NCBI GenBank assembly: GCA_016839745.1
Contig: JAEOTS010000146.1
Location: 1-10,421 of the forward strand
Length of the DNA: 10,421 bases
DNA from: Promethearchaeota archaeon
Lineage (GTDB): Archaea > Asgardarchaeota > Lokiarchaeia > Sigyniarchaeales > SOKP01
Direction of reading: 5' to 3'
Shown: in pieces, positions 6,135-10,421 of the stretch
How the letters are laid out: every line of letters begins with the position of its first letter
Numbering within the stretch: position 1 is the first letter of the stretch
Made by a program: the position numbers and the translations under genes
Notes under the pieces: generated by a model
Seen by the model: the letters and a program-made list of their open reading frames with translations, nothing else
Told to the model about the DNA's origin: nothing
The model's database searches: none

Positions 6135-7688
6135 TTATTTTTTCGCAACGGCTTCGTCTACTTGGTGTACCATCATTTTAGAGGAATTTAACTGTTTGTT
6201 TCCTAATCTTTCTTTATTCAGTTTGTCATCTATTCCGGCTATCTTTTTTACCATGGTTTTCCGAGCTTCAATATCATATTGAGTTGTAATTGCTATTTCT
6301 TCCATAACTGGGCTCCCACCTCCGTGGTATCCCCCAACGAGGCTAATTCCTCCGGTTGCAGAACATAGCATATCTCCAACGAACCGCCAGAATTGCGCGG
6401 CATTTTCAGGTGCAATCTTTGGATTTCTTGTAATATATTTATGGAGTTTATCTTTCAATTTAGGATTTACAAAATCATTTTCGTGAGGAAATGTAGCGGG
6501 AATACCACCTGAAATGTCTGTTATTATCTCTGCTTCACGGAACACATTTTCTCCAGTTAAACATCTTCCAACATTAGCATAAATTGAGTTTGGAATAAAA
6601 CTTCCTGGACCAAAAGGTATTAAGCCCACACCAGGCACATACACTTTTGATCCTCCTAGATCCGAGGCGGTATATCCTGCGGCGTAGCCAAGTTCCGTAA
6701 CTAAAATCAATTCGGCCAGTTTATGTCTTACATGAGATGCTTTTGCAATATTGTTATATTCCGCAGCTAAAGCAGCTGTTCCTGTCACTAGATCACCAAT
6801 TGCTGGTTTGCATCCCGAATAACTATGTCGGTGAAAAAGACCAAATAGTAAAGCGAGGGCTCCACCATGTTGGTGTTCACCACATAGAAAGACTCTTTCC
6901 CAAGGTACAAATACATCATCAAAAATTATATAAGAATCCGTAGCTCCTGGCATAAAACCTCGAGGAAAGTGTTCTCGTTCACGCAAATTATGAATGGTAA
7001 CCACTTGAGTCACACCCTCATAATCTCCAGGGACTGCAAAGGCAACGGCATAGTCTTTATCTTCTGGTCTTAATGCCCTTGTTGGGATAACCAATAATTC
7101 GTCAGAAACGGATGCTTCTGAAATGTGTAGTTTACAACCAGCTACTATAATTCCATCTTTTTTCTTCTCTACAACATGGACATACATATCCGGATCAGCT
7201 TGATCAGCAGGTCGCTTGATTCGATCACCTTTGACATCAGTTTGTGCTCCTGCAGCAACTAAATCTTCCTGTTGAAATCGTAAAAGCCATTTTTTAAAAT
7301 TTTCATGGTAATTAGATTCCCCTTTGTTTATTTTATCTGCTTCATATGAGACGTTGTATATCGCGTTTGCTGCATCACAACCCATGCATCGTTGAATACA
7401 TCCACCAACTTTCTGGCATATTTTTCGAGTCATGTCTTGCTTTTTATGAAGATCATCAGTACTATGATGAATATGAGTAAATCGATTAATTACTTCACCC
7501 GTAAGATGAGACTTAACCTGGATTAAATCTTTAAAATCAGGATCATCGAATACATCGAATGTAGTTCCAATAGTGTTTAGGCAAGGCACTTGAAGGGCAT
7601 CTAAACGATCAATTTCCTTGCCGTCATAATAGAGATTTGGCTTCATTCTACCTAAATCTCGCATATACTGTTCTTTTGTTCTAACCAT
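6135..7688 (-). CDS. 4-hydroxybutyryl-CoA dehydratase (AbfD)-like FAD/[4Fe-4S] protein of the HpaB/AbfD family, divergent
   Basis: INRFTH, CIQRCMGCD (7377-7400; two Cys ligands), AQTDVKGDR..RP..QADPDMYVHVVE, FDDVFVPWERVFLCGE, HRHSYSGCK (6807-6833; His and Cys ligands), DISGG and HGGGSP. The Fe-S ligands favour AbfD-like over the O2-dependent HpaB. An SD-like GATGTGA precedes the ATG. Confidence 0.88.
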   Translation of the reverse strand: MVRTKEQYMRDLGRMKPNLYYDGKEIDRLDALQVPCLNTIGTTFDVFDDPDFKDLIQVKSHLTGEVINRFTHIHHSTDDLHKKQDMTRKICQKVGGCIQRCMGCDAANAIYNVSYEADKINKGESNYHENFKKWLLRFQQEDLVAAGAQTDVKGDRIKRPADQADPDMYVHVVEKKKDGIIVAGCKLHISEASVSDELLVIPTRALRPEDKDYAVAFAVPGDYEGVTQVVTIHNLREREHFPRGFMPGATDSYIIFDDVFVPWERVFLCGEHQHGGALALLFGLFHRHSYSGCKPAIGDLVTGTAALAAEYNNIAKASHVRHKLAELILVTELGYAAGYTASDLGGSKVYVPGVGLIPFGPGSFIPNSIYANVGRCLTGENVFREAEIITDISGGIPATFPHENDFVNPKLKDKLHKYITRNPKIAPENAAQFWRFVGDMLCSATGGISLVGGYHGGGSPVMEEIAITTQYDIEARKTMVKKIAGIDDKLNKERLGNKQLNSSKMMVHQVDEAVAKK

Positions 7689-7734
7689 TTCACATCAATT
7701 TTCCAGTTTTTTTAATTGTTTAATTTAAAATGTA

Positions 7735-7754
7735 TACTTATAATTACTTATAAT
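7735..7754. repeat. Tandem direct repeat (TACTTATAAT)x2 upstream of the AbfD-like gene
   Basis: Exact 10-mer at 7735-7744 and 7745-7754. It overlaps the inverted repeat ACTTAT-N8-ATAAGT (7746-7765). Confidence 0.5.
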
Positions 7755-7805
7755 CCATCATAAGTTATAATTATCTTTTTATTAAAAAAAATAATTATTG
7801 AAGGT

Positions 7806-8927
7806 TTAATCTTCTTTCCGATTTTCTTGGTAAATTTTTTCAAATAACTCAGATATATCTCTATAAATATGAGATCTTTCTAATCTGTGTAGTTTAATGG
7901 CTTCCGGGACGCATGTGACCGTACACACTCCGCAACCATAACACCTTTTAGGATTAACTTTAGCTTTTTCCTTCTTTATTGTAATAGCTTTAAATGGACA
8001 TCTCCTAGCACATAAAGCGCAGCCCGTACATAAATTACGATTAACTTTTGCGATGTAATTAGATTTTTCTGTACAATTTTCGTTTTTTTCTTCAAAACGC
8101 GTCATCCCTCTTAAAAGAGCACAACAACATGGACAACAACAGCAAATTACTTGATGCATTGGACTTTTAGTATTTGCTACTGTAAAAACTAATCCTTTTT
8201 TTGATAATTCATTCACAAGATTATGAGCTTCTTCACGAGTAAGTTTTCGTCCTTCATCTCTCCGTAAGAAATATTCTCCAAATAAACCAACTTGAAAACA
8301 AGACTCTGAAATTGGAAACTTATCACTACACTCTCTTACGCCTAATATTTCTGTTCTGTTACGACAAGGACAATCGGTCACTACTATTGGCCCCTTACAT
8401 GTTTCTAAGATGCCATGAATCTCTTCAGCATTAGATATTATAGATTTGTGATCAATTGACGAATTTATAGGAACTATTCTAGTAATGGGGGTTCCGGTGT
8501 CAGAAGATTCGTATCGTTTGTAAAACTTCTCATCAATGAAGAATTGATGGTAAAGTTCAGCCCCTCTCTTTCCAAGTCTCTCGAAAGTTTTAGAGTTTTT
8601 AAAGCCCATATTCAAAAGATGTGCCATCGATAAGAAGTAAGAGTACCCCCCGATATCTTGAATGATACCCGAATTGGTCATTTCCTCTAGAATTTCTTTA
8701 GTCTCTTTCTTGCTTTTTCCAATTTTATTAGCAATTCGAGTAATAGACTGGGGCTTAACCGTCAAAAATTGAGCAACTTCTGCTTCTTCAGGTGTAAATA
8801 GTATTTTAATAAATTCTCTAAAGGCTTCTGATATATCTCCATCAACAATAGGAATATCGTTTGGGTATTCACGCATATTTTGTAAAATTTTTTCGTATGG
8901 ATCTACAATATCCTCTGTCGTCGTCAT
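7806..8927 (-). CDS. Cys-rich iron-sulfur protein: N-terminal winged-HTH-like region, central Cys cluster, C-terminal 2x[4Fe-4S] ferredoxin domain
   Basis: FTPEEAEVA...SITRIANKIGKSKKETKEILEEMTNSGII is HTH-like. The centre has DCPCR..C..SCF and ICCCCPCCC (8121-8144). The C-terminus has CTGCALCARRCPFKAI and CYGCGVCTVTCVPEAI. Confidence 0.85.
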   Translation of the reverse strand: MTTTEDIVDPYEKILQNMREYPNDIPIVDGDISEAFREFIKILFTPEEAEVAQFLTVKPQSITRIANKIGKSKKETKEILEEMTNSGIIQDIGGYSYFLSMAHLLNMGFKNSKTFERLGKRGAELYHQFFIDEKFYKRYESSDTGTPITRIVPINSSIDHKSIISNAEEIHGILETCKGPIVVTDCPCRNRTEILGVRECSDKFPISESCFQVGLFGEYFLRRDEGRKLTREEAHNLVNELSKKGLVFTVANTKSPMHQVICCCCPCCCALLRGMTRFEEKNENCTEKSNYIAKVNRNLCTGCALCARRCPFKAITIKKEKAKVNPKRCYGCGVCTVTCVPEAIKLHRLERSHIYRDISELFEKIYQENRKED

Positions 8928-8981
8928 TAAAAGGAATAAAGCTAGTGTGTTAATTTAAATACCAATTAAATTAGATTTTAA

Positions 8982-8993
8982 TAGAATATTCTA
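8982..8993. promoter_or_regulatory. Perfect 12-bp palindrome TAGAATATTCTA, candidate operator
   Basis: Seen directly in the sequence. It lies about 23 nt downstream (minus strand) of the putative TATA box, near the expected transcription start. Confidence 0.35.
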
Positions 8994-9015
8994 ATTTTAA
9001 TATTTTTGGATGAAG

Positions 9016-9029
9016 ATATATAACCCTTC
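9016..9029 (-). promoter_or_regulatory. Putative archaeal BRE/TATA promoter for the 7806-8927 gene
   Basis: The minus strand reads GAAGGG-TTATATAT, a purine-rich BRE-like element followed by a TATA box, about 90 nt upstream of ATG 8927. Confidence 0.4.
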
Positions 9030-9116
9030 CCTCGAAAATCATATGTATATGGCTACGATAAATTTAATTTTTTTAACATCTATTAAATCAAATAATATTT
9101 ATCAAATTTTAATAAA

Positions 9117-10421
9117 TCAGCTACTTGCTTGCCTTATTGGTATTTTTGTTTGAGCTTTTAAATGTTCATGTAATATCTTGGTTAAGAGTCTTTCTTTTAA
9201 GTCTCTATCCTTATCCCACAAATTATTTAATTCATCGGGGTCACTTATACGGTCATATATATCACCTGCATCTTCTAAACCTGCATATACTGTGATTTTA
9301 TGAGTTTCTGTTATTAAATGCCTCAATCTTATCGTTATTGGCCCCAGTTCTTCATCTTCCTCGACAATGCAACAGTCTCTTACTTTTGCTTCGGGATCTT
9401 TCAGTACTGGTGTAAGATCAACTCCTTGAATAAATGGAGAATGAAGGCGATTACTAATTTTTGTTAAATTTAAGATTGTTTTTGCAAAATCTATAGAGCT
9501 AGCTAAAGAATTTGTTACACTTCCGGGCTTAGTTATTCCTGGAACTCTCATAATTAAGGGAACATTCAGCAAACCACTAAATGGCGAAGGTCCTTTATAA
9601 ATCATGCCATGATCTCCCATTAAATCCCCATGATCACTAGTATAAATTACTATTGTGTTTTCTGCATATCCTAATTTTTCTAAACTTGCAAGAATTTCTC
9701 CAATAGCATGATCAAATAATGAAATTGAACCATAAGTTAAGCGCGTAAATTCTTTTACTTCATTTTCGTCAGATTCTCGAAGCATAGCTCCACGAAAAAG
9801 CGGATTTTTTATTAATGGGCCTAAAAACTTATGGTTATATATATTTTTAATATCAGAAAAGGTAGAAGGGAGATTAATCTCATCAAGTTTATACATATCC
9901 TTATATTGACCCGGAGGACAGACGGGATGATGAGGATCTGGAATGGAACAACAGAGAAAGAATGGATTGTCTCCAAATTCTCCTTTTGAATGTTTTTCTA
10001 AAAACTTAATCGTTCTCTCTTGACAATAGGAAGTAGGATAATGTTCAACAGCCATATCACTTTCATAATAGACTTGGTCAAAAAATTTCAATGTTAGTCT
10101 TTTACGCATCCATTTTGTTGCTCCTGGACGTAATTCCTCTAACCAATCTAAATAATGGCCACCACATAAATCGCCATGACCTAATGTAATTTCACATTCT
10201 TCAAATCCATAATATGGTTTAGGAAAATTTTCTTTTGCTTCCTTTGATGTTTCTTCACGCATCCAATATGAAATCATCTCGGCAGATTTCGTTTTTCGTT
10301 TAAAAGGGGGGATATAGAATTGTAGATGTATTTTACCTACATTATGAGTAATATATCCGCTCTTTCGCATAGCTTCAACAAATGTTTCCACGGTATTTGG
10401 TAAATTTATGCCATTGCTTCG
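9117..10421 (-). CDS. Sulfatase-family hydrolase (arylsulfatase/choline-sulfatase-like); 5'-partial, starts beyond the window end
   Basis: The frame is open to the window edge (RSNGINLPNTVETFVE...), so GTG 10391 is internal. Motifs GYITHNVGKIH, PFFL..SIPDPHHP, NTIVIYTSDHGDLMGDHG..YKG, VPLIMRVPG and DPDELNNL are present. The catalytic (C/S)xPxR motif would lie outside the window. Confidence 0.92.
   Translation of the reverse strand, partial: RSNGINLPNTVETFVEAMRKSGYITHNVGKIHLQFYIPPFKRKTKSAEMISYWMREETSKEAKENFPKPYYGFEECEITLGHGDLCGGHYLDWLEELRPGATKWMRKRLTLKFFDQVYYESDMAVEHYPTSYCQERTIKFLEKHSKGEFGDNPFFLCCSIPDPHHPVCPPGQYKDMYKLDEINLPSTFSDIKNIYNHKFLGPLIKNPLFRGAMLRESDENEVKEFTRLTYGSISLFDHAIGEILASLEKLGYAENTIVIYTSDHGDLMGDHGMIYKGPSPFSGLLNVPLIMRVPGITKPGSVTNSLASSIDFAKTILNLTKISNRLHSPFIQGVDLTPVLKDPEAKVRDCCIVEEDEELGPITIRLRHLITETHKITVYAGLEDAGDIYDRISDPDELNNLWDKDRDLKERLLTKILHEHLKAQTKIPIRQASS

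Noticed and set aside
6079-6282. 67-aa + strand ORF
   Set aside because: It overlaps the 3' end of the AbfD-like gene in antisense and runs through a low-complexity terminator tract.
6737-6943. 68-aa + strand ORF
   Set aside because: It is antisense within the conserved core of the AbfD-like gene.
6135-7688. Calling the gene hpaB (4-hydroxyphenylacetate 3-monooxygenase)
   Set aside because: The Fe-S ligand motifs CxxRC and HxxxYxxCK, the anaerobic neighbours and the lack of a flavin reductase partner argue against an O2-dependent monooxygenase.
8121-8144. ACA trinucleotide repeat as a microsatellite
   Set aside because: It is fully explained by TGT Cys codons of the CCCCPCCC motif on the minus strand.
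9099-9119. Selenocysteine readthrough of the sulfatase TGA stop
   Set aside because: Further in-frame stops follow within five or six codons, and the sulfatase C-terminus appears complete.

Overview
AT-rich window of anaerobic-metabolism genes in two convergent blocks, most consistent with an anaerobic archaeon. BRE/TATA-like promoters, oligo-T terminators and the gene content suggest Asgard/Lokiarchaeia, but this is inference. The + strand carries a 5'-truncated glycyl radical enzyme (GRE) of the eliminase/dehydratase type with atypical active-site loops, its radical-SAM activating enzyme, a tungsten-type aldehyde:ferredoxin oxidoreductase (AOR) and a SnoaL-like ester cyclase. The - strand carries a 5'-truncated sulfatase, a Cys-rich HTH/ferredoxin protein, a divergent 4-hydroxybutyryl-CoA dehydratase (AbfD)-like protein and a QueG/reductive-dehalogenase-like Fe-S protein. 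No RNA genes, CRISPR arrays or mobile elements were seen. The best candidate for a new system is the GRE + activase + AOR module, which could be a microcompartment-free radical elimination to an aldehyde followed by oxidation to an acid, on an unknown substrate. Comparisons with characterised enzymes are alignments made by eye from memory and need computational confirmation.
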